Shown: positions 12,618 through 12,619 of the stretch, piece after piece
Layout: each line of letters starts with the position of its first letter
Numbering within the stretch: position 1 is the stretch's first letter
Source: a virus
Lineage: Duplodnaviria > Heunggongvirae > Uroviricota > Caudoviricetes
Reading direction: 5' to 3' (one strand)
IMG/VR virus record: IMGVR_UViG_2695420600_000009
Length of the DNA: 12,619 nt
Made by a program: the position numbers and the translations under genes
The notes under the pieces: generated by a model
What the model was told of the DNA's origin: nothing
The model's database searches: none
The model's input: only the letters and a program-made list of their open reading frames with translations

Positions 12618-12619
12618 TT

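Noticed and set aside
1-12619. Looked for integrase, transposase or IS elements and for rRNA genes
   Set aside because: No ORF with recombinase or transposase motifs and no terminal inverted repeats seen; no rRNA-like sequence. The only mobile-element signature is the prophage context itself.

Overview
This 12.6-kb window reads as the right arm of a lambdoid (Qin-/Stx-phage-like) enterobacterial prophage, with essentially every gene on the minus strand, so transcription runs from high to low coordinates. Right to left: three tightly packed small genes of unknown function (12617..11868); a hok-family type I toxin gene followed by a truncated tandem copy of its 3' half (11576..11078); two tandem paralogous modules each encoding an 86-95-aa protein, separated by an N gap (10954..9999); a hypothetical gene, a DUF968-like protein, RusA resolvase and a Q-family antiterminator (9932..7362); a candidate pR'/tR' module; a small winged-helix gene and an orphan DPPY DNA methyltransferase; two copies of an Ile(CAU)/Arg tRNA cluster separated by a ~770-bp structured non-coding repeat and a second copy of the Q-tail/terminator module; an AT-rich cargo segment with an uncharacterised ORF at the position where stxAB sits in Stx phages; a NanS-p-type sialate O-acetylesterase; and the start of the lysis cassette (phage-21-type holin, DUF826/YdfR-like gene, endolysin N-terminus). 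No stxAB-like ORF is present. The most interesting candidate for something undescribed is the cargo segment at 3621..4275. All identifications come from motifs and recalled family sequences, not database searches. N bases sit at or next to all three tandem-duplication junctions (4682, 10344..10374, 11304), so part of the duplication structure may be an assembly artefact.
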